A stretch of 55,200 nt of DNA from Candidatus Nomurabacteria bacterium RIFCSPLOWO2_01_FULL_33_24 (GCA_001785735.1 MFUP01000005.1:1-55200), one strand, 5' to 3'. Shown: positions 37,460-46,071, counted from the stretch's first letter. Numbers and translations: made by a program. Notes: generated by a model not told the origin, from the sequence alone.

Positions 37460-40207
37460 ATGGCTGAAGGTTTGTATTCCAAAGAAATACCTAAGTTTAA
37501 AAATCCAGAGGAGGAACTTTATTTTTTGCGTCGTCAAATAGCCGAAAAAGAACAACAACTTGAACAGCCACCAACTGATCTTGATCGAGAAAAAATAACC
37601 AAAGATATTTTAGTTGAATATTCAGCAGTCAAACCAGAGGAGATATTAGAAAAAAAACAAATCATTAAATTTTCCGAAACAGATGAAATTGTTTTGCGCC
37701 TAAGTCCAGAAACTCATGATGAAAAGATGGAAGAAATGTTGGGAATTTTATTAGAAAAAGGAATAAAAAACTCTTTAGCTATTTTGGAACAACTAAATAA
37801 TCCCCATCTCAATGATGATTTTCACCGATTTCTAATTCAATATCTTAATTCGGTGGGAAAGATTCCGGGAGTAAAAGAAGAAACACCCCTTTTTAAGGTC
37901 TTACATATGAAATTATTTGAAATCACTCTTCCCTCCGGAGAAGGGGATGAATCCCATAGCTTTAAAGAGCTAATTTCTGCTATGGAACATTTTTTTGCTG
38001 GGATGCAGTCAATTGCTGATGGAAGAGATAATAAAAAAAAGGATTATTTTACTATTGAAATTGCTCTCTCTGAAAATAGTAATGAAATTATTTTTTATGC
38101 GTCTGTTCCAACTTCCAAGGCTGATTTATTTGAAAAACAAATTTTAGGCGCTTATTCTCAAGCCAAAATAAAAGAAGTAACTAATGATTATAATATTTTT
38201 AATTTTCAAGGCGGTTCGGCTGGATCTTTTGCCAAATTTAGTTCTCCAGAAGTTTTCCCTATTAAAACTTATGATGAATTTGAAATTGATCCAATTAATA
38301 TTATTTTAAATATATTTTCTAAACTAAAAGAAAGGGGAGAAGGAGCTTCAATCCAATTAATAATTAGACCATCTGGTGAGAAATTTATTCAAAGATATAA
38401 TCGAGTTCTTAATGATGTTAAAAGTGGTGTTTCGGTAAGAAAATCACTGAAATCGTTCTCGGTTGGGCATAGCTTGTTTGAGGGTCTTAAAGATTTCGCC
38501 TCCGGTCCTTCTAAAAAAGATGACAGAAAAGAAGACAAAAAAATTGATGACCGAGCAGTTGAATATATTACCGGGAAATTAACTAGCACCATTGTGGCTG
38601 TTAATCTCCGCATTATTTCCTCGGCTGAAAACCAAAACCGAGCAGAAGCTATTTTAAATGATTTGGAATCAGCTTTTAATCAATTTTCAAAACCAAATAG
38701 CAATAGTATTATTTTTGAAAAAGTAAAAGGACGAAATTTATCAAATTTCTTTCGTGATTTTTCTTATCGATTTTTTTCGGAAAAAAATATTTTACCAATG
38801 AACTTAAAGGAAATTACTACGATGATTCATTTTCCTGTTAATGTTTCCACGGCCCCTCAACTTCGTCAAGCTAAAGCAGGAATTGCTCCTGCTCCTTTAG
38901 AAATGGGGAAGGAAGGAATTCTACTTGGAATAAATGATTACCGAGGAAAAGAAACCAAGATATTCTTTAAAAAAGAAGATCGGGTTCGTCATTTTTATAC
39001 TATAGGACAAACTGGCACTGGAAAAACTACTTTTCTAAAAAATATGATTATTCAAGATATTAAAAATGGAGATGGTGTTTGTTTTATTGATCCCCATGGG
39101 TCAGATGTCCAAGATATTTTGGCTCAGATTCCCAAGGAAAGAATCGATGAGGTGATTTATTTTGATCCCTCTTATGTTGATCGACCAATGGGATTAAACA
39201 TGCTTGAGTATGATTATAATTTTCCCCAACAAAAATCATTCGTGGTAGATGAATTATTTGGTATTTTTCAAAAGTTATATGGAGCCAATCCCGAATCTAT
39301 GGGACCAATGTTTGAACAGTACTTTCGAAACGCTACGATGTTAGTTATTGATGATCCAGAAAGCGGGAGTACCCTATTAGATATTTCCAGAGTACTCTCT
39401 GATGAGAAATTCAGGGCTTTTAAGCTTTCTCGTTGTAAAAACCCGGTAGTGATCCAATTTTGGCGGGAAATCGCTGGAAAGGCTGGCGGAGAGGCTTCTT
39501 TGGCCAACATTGTCCCCTATATTGTCAGTAAATTTGATGTTTTCTTGGCTAATGAGATTATGAGACCAATTATTGCCCAACAGAAATCAACCTTCAATTT
39601 TAGACAAGTAATGGACGAAAAGAAAATATTGTTAGTCAATCTTTCTAAAGGTAAATTGGGTGACATTAATGCTAATCTCATCGGTCTTGTTTTGGTTGGG
39701 AAAATTTTAATGGCTGCTCTTTCTCGAGTTGATCTAGTGGGACAAGAGGAAATAAATGATTTTTATCTTTATATTGATGAATTTCAAAATATTACCACTA
39801 ACTCTATTGCTACTATTCTTTCTGAAGCGCGAAAATATCGATTAAGTTTAAATATTGCTCACCAATTTATTGCCCAACTAGATGAAAAAATAAAAAATGC
39901 TGTTTTTGGCAATGTCGGGTCAATGGCCGTTTTTCGAACAGGATATGATGATGCTCAATATTTAGAAAGCCAATTTAAACCGACTTTTTCTGCTTCTGAT
40001 TTAATAAAAATTGATAATTTTAATTCCTATGTAAAAATGTTGATTAATGGTCAGCCGGTTAAACCATTTAATATGAAAGTCATTCCCCCTGACAAGGGGG
40101 ATAAAGAAATGATTGAAAAGATTAAAGAACTTTCTTATCTAAAATATGGCCGAAACCGAGCAGAAGTAGAAGCCGAAATTATAGAAAAATATAAAAAGGA
40201 AGTATAA
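37460..40207 (+). CDS. VirD4/TraG/TraD-like (FtsK-HerA superfamily) P-loop ATPase with a long soluble N-terminal region
   Basis: Walker A GQTGTGKTT, FIDPHGSD, Walker B YLYIDEFQN, SEARKYRLSLNIAHQFIAQL (TraG-D_C-like). No TM helix seen. Confidence 0.7.
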   Translation: MAEGLYSKEIPKFKNPEEELYFLRRQIAEKEQQLEQPPTDLDREKITKDILVEYSAVKPEEILEKKQIIKFSETDEIVLRLSPETHDEKMEEMLGILLEKGIKNSLAILEQLNNPHLNDDFHRFLIQYLNSVGKIPGVKEETPLFKVLHMKLFEITLPSGEGDESHSFKELISAMEHFFAGMQSIADGRDNKKKDYFTIEIALSENSNEIIFYASVPTSKADLFEKQILGAYSQAKIKEVTNDYNIFNFQGGSAGSFAKFSSPEVFPIKTYDEFEIDPINIILNIFSKLKERGEGASIQLIIRPSGEKFIQRYNRVLNDVKSGVSVRKSLKSFSVGHSLFEGLKDFASGPSKKDDRKEDKKIDDRAVEYITGKLTSTIVAVNLRIISSAENQNRAEAILNDLESAFNQFSKPNSNSIIFEKVKGRNLSNFFRDFSYRFFSEKNILPMNLKEITTMIHFPVNVSTAPQLRQAKAGIAPAPLEMGKEGILLGINDYRGKETKIFFKKEDRVRHFYTIGQTGTGKTTFLKNMIIQDIKNGDGVCFIDPHGSDVQDILAQIPKERIDEVIYFDPSYVDRPMGLNMLEYDYNFPQQKSFVVDELFGIFQKLYGANPESMGPMFEQYFRNATMLVIDDPESGSTLLDISRVLSDEKFRAFKLSRCKNPVVIQFWREIAGKAGGEASLANIVPYIVSKFDVFLANEIMRPIIAQQKSTFNFRQVMDEKKILLVNLSKGKLGDINANLIGLVLVGKILMAALSRVDLVGQEEINDFYLYIDEFQNITTNSIATILSEARKYRLSLNIAHQFIAQLDEKIKNAVFGNVGSMAVFRTGYDDAQYLESQFKPTFSASDLIKIDNFNSYVKMLINGQPVKPFNMKVIPPDKGDKEMIEKIKELSYLKYGRNRAEVEAEIIEKYKKEV

Positions 40208-40215
40208 TCCTATCT

Positions 40216-40800
40216 ATGAATCATCCTAGAGAAGAAAAAACTTTTTTAATGATTAAACCTGACGGGGTTAGAAAAGGTTTGATTGGTGAAATTATTAAAC
40301 GTTTTGAACAAAGAGGTTTAAAAATTGTTGCCCTAGAAATGTTCCATCCAGATAAAAAGCAAATCGATGAACATTATCCTAAAGATAAAAAATGGATTAG
40401 TCGGATTGGAGATAAAACTCTCGCTACCTACCAAAAATACAATATTGACCCTAAGAAAGTTCTTGGGACTAATAACAATCACGAAATTGGAAAAATAGTT
40501 CGAAAATGGTTGTTTGAGTACCTGACCTCTGCTCCCTCGGTAAAAATAATTGTTCAAGGAATTCATGCGGTAGATGTTGTTCGAAAGATTACTGGGCCAA
40601 CTATGCCTTATTTAGCTGATATGGGAACGATCAGAGGAGATTTTTCAATTGATTCTCCTGCTTTGGCTAATTCAGAAAAGAGAGCAATAATGAATTTGGT
40701 TCATGCTTCGGAAACACAAGAAGAAGCTCTCCATGAAATTAAGTTTTGGTTTGACGATCGTTCACCCTTTGGATATAAGCGTTTTGGGGTTGACGAATAA
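40216..40800 (+). CDS. ndk: Nucleoside diphosphate kinase (long form with internal insertion)
   Basis: FLMIKPDGV, GTIRGDF and NLVHASE (canonical NxxHGSD). 194 aa versus about 140-150 typical. Confidence 0.85.
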   Translation: MNHPREEKTFLMIKPDGVRKGLIGEIIKRFEQRGLKIVALEMFHPDKKQIDEHYPKDKKWISRIGDKTLATYQKYNIDPKKVLGTNNNHEIGKIVRKWLFEYLTSAPSVKIIVQGIHAVDVVRKITGPTMPYLADMGTIRGDFSIDSPALANSEKRAIMNLVHASETQEEALHEIKFWFDDRSPFGYKRFGVDE

Positions 40801-40861
40801 GTAAAATTATTTCTTAAATTTTTTGAATTTGGAAAAAATATTTTCATGATATAATTAAAAT

Positions 40862-41028
40862 ACGGTTATTTGGCATATCACCTAGATCAAAGTAATATCT
40901 TTAGGGAGATTGTATCATCATGGGCCGTGGCTTATGGCGTGCAACACCCACCTGATGTTTTACACTAGGGTGATATAGAAACCAGATAACCGTCATAAAA
41001 AATCTCTGTTGAAACAGAGATTTTTTAT
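40862..41028 (+). ncRNA. Unassigned structured small RNA with its own promoter and terminator
   Basis: TGATATAAT (40847-40855) predicts +1 at A40862. 12-bp closing helix 40862-40873/40982-40993. 8-bp helix 40875-40882/40969-40976. Apical helix 40916-40924/40947-40957. Terminator 41003-41026. Confidence 0.6.
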
Positions 41029-41049
41029 TTTAAGGTATAATAATTTTAT

Positions 41050-41463
41050 ATGGCAATATCTAAAGATAAATTTTTTGTTAAAATATTTTGTCTTCTTCTT
41101 TTCATTTTAATTCTTCATATCTTAGCATTATTTTTAAAATTATATTTTATTGTTTGGTGGTTTGATATTCTAATGCATTTTTTAGGAGGACTTTTCATTG
41201 GTTTATTAATTCTTTGGATTTATTTTTTATTAGAACACCAAACAAAATTATCAAATAATATTCTTATATTTTTTATTATCCCAATAGGTGTTTTAATTAT
41301 TGGTCTCCTTTGGGAAATCTTTGAAGCACTAATAGGTGTTTATAATGTTTTTGGAGCTCAAACATTTTCTGATACAATTAGTGATTTAGTATTTGATTTA
41401 ATAGGTGGTTTAGTTGGAGTCATCTACTTTATTAGAAATAAACAACTATGGCTAAAAAAATAA
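41050..41463 (+). CDS. Small polytopic membrane protein (VanZ-like features)
   Basis: 137 aa, 4 TM. FDILMHFLGG, WEIFEAL and SDLVFDLIGGLVG resemble VanZ-family motifs. The assignment is tentative. Confidence 0.5.
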   Translation: MAISKDKFFVKIFCLLLFILILHILALFLKLYFIVWWFDILMHFLGGLFIGLLILWIYFLLEHQTKLSNNILIFFIIPIGVLIIGLLWEIFEALIGVYNVFGAQTFSDTISDLVFDLIGGLVGVIYFIRNKQLWLKK

Positions 41464-42812
41464 AATTAACTTTTTGTTCAGGCACGGGATCAGTAACAGG
41501 AGCTAATTTCCTTTTAGAATGGGAAGATAAAAAAATATTAATTGATTGTGGATTAATTCAAGGATCTAAATTAGCCGATGAAGAAAATTGGAAACCATTT
41601 TCATACCAACCATCTTCCATTGATTCTTTAATTATTACTCATGCCCACCTTGATCATGTGGGGAGAATTCCTAAATTAATCAAAGAGGGGTTTAAAGGAA
41701 AAATATTTTCTACTCCTCCTACTAAAGATTTAGCTCAATTAATGTTAGAAGATTCTGTCCAGATTTTATCCAGAGACAGAGAAAATCAATTAAATCTTAT
41801 TTATAATAAAAAAAATATTGATCAAGCTATTAGTCAATGGGAAGGAGTGCCTTATCATCAATTAATTGATTTGGGTAAAGGATTGAGTATTTCTCTTAAA
41901 AATACGGGTCATATCTTAGGTTCCGCTATGGTTGAAATTCTTTACAACGGAAAAAAGTTGATTTTTTCTAGTGATTTAGGACATTCTCCGTCTCCTCTGC
42001 TTCCTCCAGCAGAAACTATTGATAATGCCGATTATTTAATAATAGAAAGTGTTTATGGGGATAGAACTTATGGATCAAGAGAATTACGCCGAAGCGAGCT
42101 TAAAAAAGTAATTGAAGATAATTGTAAATCAAAGGGAATATTAATTATTCCAATATTTTCACTAGAACGAACTCAAGAACTTTTATTTGAAATCAATGGC
42201 TTTGTCGAAAATAATCAAATTCCCAGAATACCAATTTTTCTTGATTCTCCTTTAGCAATTCAATTTACTAAGGTTTATGAAAATTACAAGAAATATTTTA
42301 ATAAAAAAGCTCAAGCCTTGATTAATTCAGGGGATGACATTTTTGATTTTCCCGGACTTCAACTTACCTTAATGACTAAAGAATCTAAATTAATTTATCG
42401 TGAGCCCAATCCTAAGATAATTATTGCTGGCTCAGGAATGTCTACGGGGGGTAGAATTATTGTCCATGAAAGAGACTATTTATCTGATCCCAAAAATACT
42501 CTGTTGTTGGTTGGTTATCAATCTCTTGGCACTTTAGGAAGAATTATTCAAGATGGAGCGAAAGAAGTATTTATTTTTAAAAAAAGAGTTCCTGTTAGAG
42601 CTAAAATAGTTACCATCAGGGGTTATTCTGGACACAAAGATTCTGACGGCTTGCTTAAATTTGTTCAGCAAATGGAAGGAAAACTTAAACAAGTTTTTGT
42701 CGTTATGGGAGAACCAAAATCTTCTTTATTTTTGGCTCAAAGAATCCGGGACAATTTAAATATTAAAGCCCGTTCTCCGAAAGCTGGCGAAAGCGTGGAG
42801 TTGGAATTTTAA
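41448..42812 (+). CDS. MBL-fold beta-CASP family ribonuclease/hydrolase
   Basis: ITHAHLDHVGR (HxHxDH). 454 aa, a length and layout typical of bacterial beta-CASP (CPSF73/RNase J-related) proteins. Confidence 0.8.
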   Translation: MAKKIKLTFCSGTGSVTGANFLLEWEDKKILIDCGLIQGSKLADEENWKPFSYQPSSIDSLIITHAHLDHVGRIPKLIKEGFKGKIFSTPPTKDLAQLMLEDSVQILSRDRENQLNLIYNKKNIDQAISQWEGVPYHQLIDLGKGLSISLKNTGHILGSAMVEILYNGKKLIFSSDLGHSPSPLLPPAETIDNADYLIIESVYGDRTYGSRELRRSELKKVIEDNCKSKGILIIPIFSLERTQELLFEINGFVENNQIPRIPIFLDSPLAIQFTKVYENYKKYFNKKAQALINSGDDIFDFPGLQLTLMTKESKLIYREPNPKIIIAGSGMSTGGRIIVHERDYLSDPKNTLLLVGYQSLGTLGRIIQDGAKEVFIFKKRVPVRAKIVTIRGYSGHKDSDGLLKFVQQMEGKLKQVFVVMGEPKSSLFLAQRIRDNLNIKARSPKAGESVELEF

Positions 42813-42837
42813 TTAAAATTAATATATAATTAAATTT

Positions 42838-43419
42838 ATGAAATTAAACAACGATGATCAGCATGGTCATAATAAAATGAAACTATGTGTTTCTGGAGCA
42901 GCGGAAACTGGTCACTGTCCTCCTAATGCTTTGGATAAAGCCAAGGAACTCGGGAGAGAAATTGTTCGCCAAGGAGGAATGTTGATAACAGGAGCGACTA
43001 CCGGTTTTCCGCTGTGGTCTGCTATTGGGGCCAAAGAAGAAAATGGTATTTCAATTGGTTTTTCTCCCGCTATTTCAGAAAAAGAGCATATTGAATCATA
43101 TCGTCTTCCAATTGATTATATGGACCTTATTGTTTATACTGGATTTGGTTATCCTGGAAGAGATCTTTTATTGATTCGTTCCACTGATGCAGTTTTAATT
43201 GGCTGTGGAAGAATTGGCACTATTCATGAATTTACTATTGCTTTTGAAGATGGCAAACCAATTGGTATTTTACAAGGTGACTGGGACACAGATGAAACAA
43301 TCAAAACTATTTTAGAGAGAGGGCATCGCTTAAACGATAATATAGTTTTTGATACTGATCCTCGTTCCTTAGTTGAAAAGGTTATTAAATTAGTAAAAAA
43401 ACAAAAAACAAAAGACTAA
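42838..43419 (+). CDS. TIGR00725/LOG-like Rossmann-fold nucleotide-binding protein
   Basis: VSGAAETG...LITGATTGFP...GCGRIGTIHEF pattern. Confidence 0.6.
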   Translation: MKLNNDDQHGHNKMKLCVSGAAETGHCPPNALDKAKELGREIVRQGGMLITGATTGFPLWSAIGAKEENGISIGFSPAISEKEHIESYRLPIDYMDLIVYTGFGYPGRDLLLIRSTDAVLIGCGRIGTIHEFTIAFEDGKPIGILQGDWDTDETIKTILERGHRLNDNIVFDTDPRSLVEKVIKLVKKQKTKD

Positions 43420-43431
43420 AATTTTTTAAAT

Positions 43432-43458
43432 AAAAATCCCCGCCAAACGGGGATTTTT
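43432..43458. terminator. Bidirectional intrinsic terminator
   Basis: AAAAATCCCCG-CCAAA-CGGGGATTTTT between convergent 42838-43419 and rplT. Confidence 0.8.
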
Positions 43459-43801
43459 ATTTAATCTGATTTATTATTCTTTCAAATGATTCAGGTTGGT
43501 TTTCAGCTAAATCAGCTAATATTTTTCTATCAACCTCAATTTTTTTCTTTTTTAATCTATCAATAAATTTACTGTAAGAAAAACCAAATTTTCTAACGAC
43601 AGCATTAATTTTAGTTTGCCATAACCTCCGGCGGTCGGCTTTTTTGTCTTTCCGATGAGCAAAAGCATAAGTTCCAGCATGAGCGATAGCTTCTTTAGCT
43701 TGTCTTTTTTTAGTGCTTCGACCAAAACGATATCCTTTTACTTGTTTTAGGATATTTTGTCTTCGCTTAATTTTTATTGTTCCTCTTTTTACTCTAGTCA
43801 T
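43457..43801 (-). CDS. rplT: 50S ribosomal protein L20
   Basis: MTRVKRGTIKIKRRQNILKQVKGYRFGRS... Confidence 0.96.
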   Translation of the reverse strand: MTRVKRGTIKIKRRQNILKQVKGYRFGRSTKKRQAKEAIAHAGTYAFAHRKDKKADRRRLWQTKINAVVRKFGFSYSKFIDRLKKKKIEVDRKILADLAENQPESFERIINQIK

Positions 43802-43803
43802 AA

Positions 43804-43983
43804 TTATGGGATAAATCTCTGACGACTTTTACTAGTAATTTTGAAATTTTGCAGTTTTTTTCCTTGCAACTGAGTAGTCCTTTTTTGTTTAGCGTTAAAA
43901 TGATTAAACCCCGGTTTTCTCGCTAAAACTTTATTATTTTTCGTTACTCTTATTCTCTTGGTGAAAGATTTATTTGTTTTCAT
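43804..43983 (-). CDS. rpmI: 50S ribosomal protein L35 (59 aa, below the ORF-track cutoff)
   Basis: Hand translation: MKTNKSFTKRIRVTKNNKVLARKPGFNHFNAKQKRTTQLQGKKLQNFKITSKSRQRFIP. Canonical infC-rpmI-rplT order. The start overlaps the infC 3' end by 14 nt. Confidence 0.88.
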   Translation of the reverse strand: MKTNKSFTKRIRVTKNNKVLARKPGFNHFNAKQKRTTQLQGKKLQNFKITSKSRQRFIP

Positions 43984-44500
43984 TTTTTTCTTTTTTAGAT
44001 CCTTTTTCTAAGGTGATCATTACTCCTTTAGGAACTTTTTTAAATTCCTCAGCAATTTTGTATTCTTCAGTAATAAGATTTAATATTCTATTAAGTCGTT
44101 CCTCTAAAAACTTTTTATCCATATATTTAGTTCGGCCCGGCAAAAAAAGTTCAACTTTTATTCGATGGCCCTCTCTCAGCCATTCACTAGCTCTTTTGGC
44201 TTTTAAATTCAAATCATTTTTTCCAGTTCCTATTTTTATTTGGATAGACTTTGTTTCAGTTAAATGAGCATTTTCTTTAGCCTTTTTTTGTTTTTTATTT
44301 TTCTCGTACTGAAATCTACCATAATCAGTTATTTTGGCTACGGGAGGATTAGCGTTTGGTGATATTTCTATCAGGTCTAAACCTCTTTCCTCAGCCAATT
44401 TTATGGCTTTTTGAGTGTCTAAAACACCAAAATTTTCGCCATCATCACTAATAACCCTAACTTCCTTAACTCTTATTTGATTATTTATTTTTTCTATCAA
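43970..44500 (-). CDS. infC: Translation initiation factor IF-3 (non-AUG start)
   Basis: INNQIRVKEVRVI...DLIEISPNANPPVAKITDYGRFQYE. There is no in-frame ATG between the upstream TAG and the conserved N-terminus, so the start is TTG (44500) or the next codon, ATA. Confidence 0.93.
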   Translation of the reverse strand: MIEKINNQIRVKEVRVISDDGENFGVLDTQKAIKLAEERGLDLIEISPNANPPVAKITDYGRFQYEKNKKQKKAKENAHLTETKSIQIKIGTGKNDLNLKAKRASEWLREGHRIKVELFLPGRTKYMDKKFLEERLNRILNLITEEYKIAEEFKKVPKGVMITLEKGSKKEKNENK

Positions 44501-44578
44501 GTTTTGATTATTCTATATTAGATCTAAGCTAAAGTCAACACAAAAATATAGCTTTTGATATTTTTTATGGCTATCTTT

Positions 44579-44962
44579 TTATAACAAATAAAATTGTAAA
44601 GAGTAAGTTATAACTAAGATGATCAATAAAATCACAATTGTTATTTGGGATATTCTTACATTATAATGTCTTTTTAGGTAGTGAATGATACAAGTTCCCC
44701 TATAAACTAGCTTGGAATCAGCTAACCCTATTAATTTCTTTTCTAAGACTGTTAAAATACATCCTAATTTAAATATTCCACTAACCATAAATGATATCAA
44801 AGTGATTATAGAAATAATTAATCCAAGTTTCCAGTACCAAACCCAAAAAGAATAAAAAAACACTCCCGAAGCTACTACCCAAGCCCATAAAATATGCAGT
44901 ATTAATACTCCTCTTGATAAAAATTTATAAATTTTTATATCTGACTTTAAGATATTTTTCAT
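44579..44962 (-). CDS. Small polytopic membrane protein (possibly DUF2784-like)
   Basis: 127 aa, 3-4 hydrophobic helices. Family assignment is weak. Confidence 0.5.
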   Translation of the reverse strand: MKNILKSDIKIYKFLSRGVLILHILWAWVVASGVFFYSFWVWYWKLGLIISIITLISFMVSGIFKLGCILTVLEKKLIGLADSKLVYRGTCIIHYLKRHYNVRISQITIVILLIILVITYSLQFYLL

Positions 44963-45597
44963 ATTCTTAACTAATTTAATATAACAAACATAATCCTTAA
45001 TTGTAAAGATTAATTAAAAAGAGAAAAATCAACAAATTTCATCAAATTTTTTATTAACAATTTGATTATTTAACTGGCAAAAATATGATATGATAAAGGT
45101 AATCAATGTTCATTAAAATCTATTGCTATGGTAACAATAGCTGTTATTTTTTTCTTTGGTTTTTCTTTTTTAAACCAAAACTGGCCAAAAAAATATTTTA
45201 TTTTATATTTAAAGATCTATTTTCTAAGGGAGTAATCATTATTGTCAAACTTGAAAGAAATTTTTTAGCTGAATTTTTCTCTTTTGAAGATTTTTTATTA
45301 AAGCAATTCTATTGTTTTAATGCTAGAGATGGTCCTAGTTTGAAATCCCAATTGGATGAAATAAAAGCCTGTGTTTTTGCGTTTTTCACGGGCTTTTTTA
45401 TATAATTCAAGTTGTAGTTTAAATTTATTAAAAAAGTCTTCTAATCTATTCTATCTTTTTATTTCCAATAAGAGTTTTGGGGTGAGATTATTAATGGAAT
45501 TTCATTAGAGTTTTTATAAGTCATATTTTTCTTTTTAAGAACATACCGATAAATATATTATTTAATCTTCAACTAAATTATAACAAATAATCATCAC

Positions 45598-45626
45598 TTG
45601 TTAATTTAATTTTAAAAAGGTATAGT
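45598..45626 (+). promoter_or_regulatory. ssrA promoter
   Basis: TTGTTA (45598-45603), N17, TATAGT (45621-45626), about 18 nt upstream of the mature tmRNA 5' end. Confidence 0.5.
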
Positions 45627-45643
45627 GTATCTTAGATTATCTA

Positions 45644-46020
45644 GGGGATGATCGGCCTAGACAGTAATTTTCTTCTTTAAAGCGCATGTCGAGTATGTGT
45701 CAAGGCTCGTAAACTCTGGCACAACAAATAAGTGTAAAAAACTTGTTTTCTAAACCAGCTTTGGCTTTTGCCTAAGCTAGGTTTATCCCGCCCAATGGGC
45801 GAGACGTCTTGTTTGATGACTTCCGATAATCAAAATGAGGTGTAATAAATTCGGAATAGAATATAAAGATTTTCTCGCTTTATATTTAAATTAATGAGAA
45901 TCGGTTAATTAATGATTTTGTTTGTTTTGGACATTAATAACTTAAAAATAAAAACAAACTATGCATGTAGACCCTTTTGAGATTTTTTTCTGCACGCGGG
46001 TTCGATTCCCGCCATCTCCA
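45644..46020 (+). ncRNA. ssrA: tmRNA (SsrA), one-piece
   Basis: 5' GGGGAUGAUCGGCCUAGACAG... and 3' ...GCGGGUUCGAUUCCCGCCAUCUCCA (T-arm plus acceptor pairing GGGGAUG/CAUCUCC). CCA is not encoded. Tag frame 45719-45775 encodes AQQISVKNLFSKPALAFA then a stop. Confidence 0.92.
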
Positions 46021-46046
46021 TCAATCGCAACTTTCGCCGTTTTGGG

Positions 46047-46071
46047 AAAAAGGAGGTCTTGCCTCCTTTTT
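46047..46071 (+). terminator. Intrinsic terminator after ssrA
   Basis: AAAAAGGAGG-UCUUG-CCUCCUUUUU. Confidence 0.75.

Noticed and set aside
40862-40993. Interpreting the structured RNA as SRP (4.5S) RNA, a T-box, or a known riboswitch.
   Set aside because: There is no GNRA tetraloop and no conserved domain IV GGAAGCAGCC-type motif. There is no T-box AAnnnGGGUGGUACCGCG sequence, and I could not recognise a known riboswitch core by eye. The downstream gene has its own promoter after the terminator. A covariance-model search is still needed.
45106-45405. ORF-track CDS of 99 aa in the gap upstream of ssrA.
   Set aside because: It is a Phe-rich, low-complexity translation of a T-rich spacer (FFLWFFFFKPK...) with no motif. 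It is treated as non-coding or remnant DNA; see the finding on 44963-45643.
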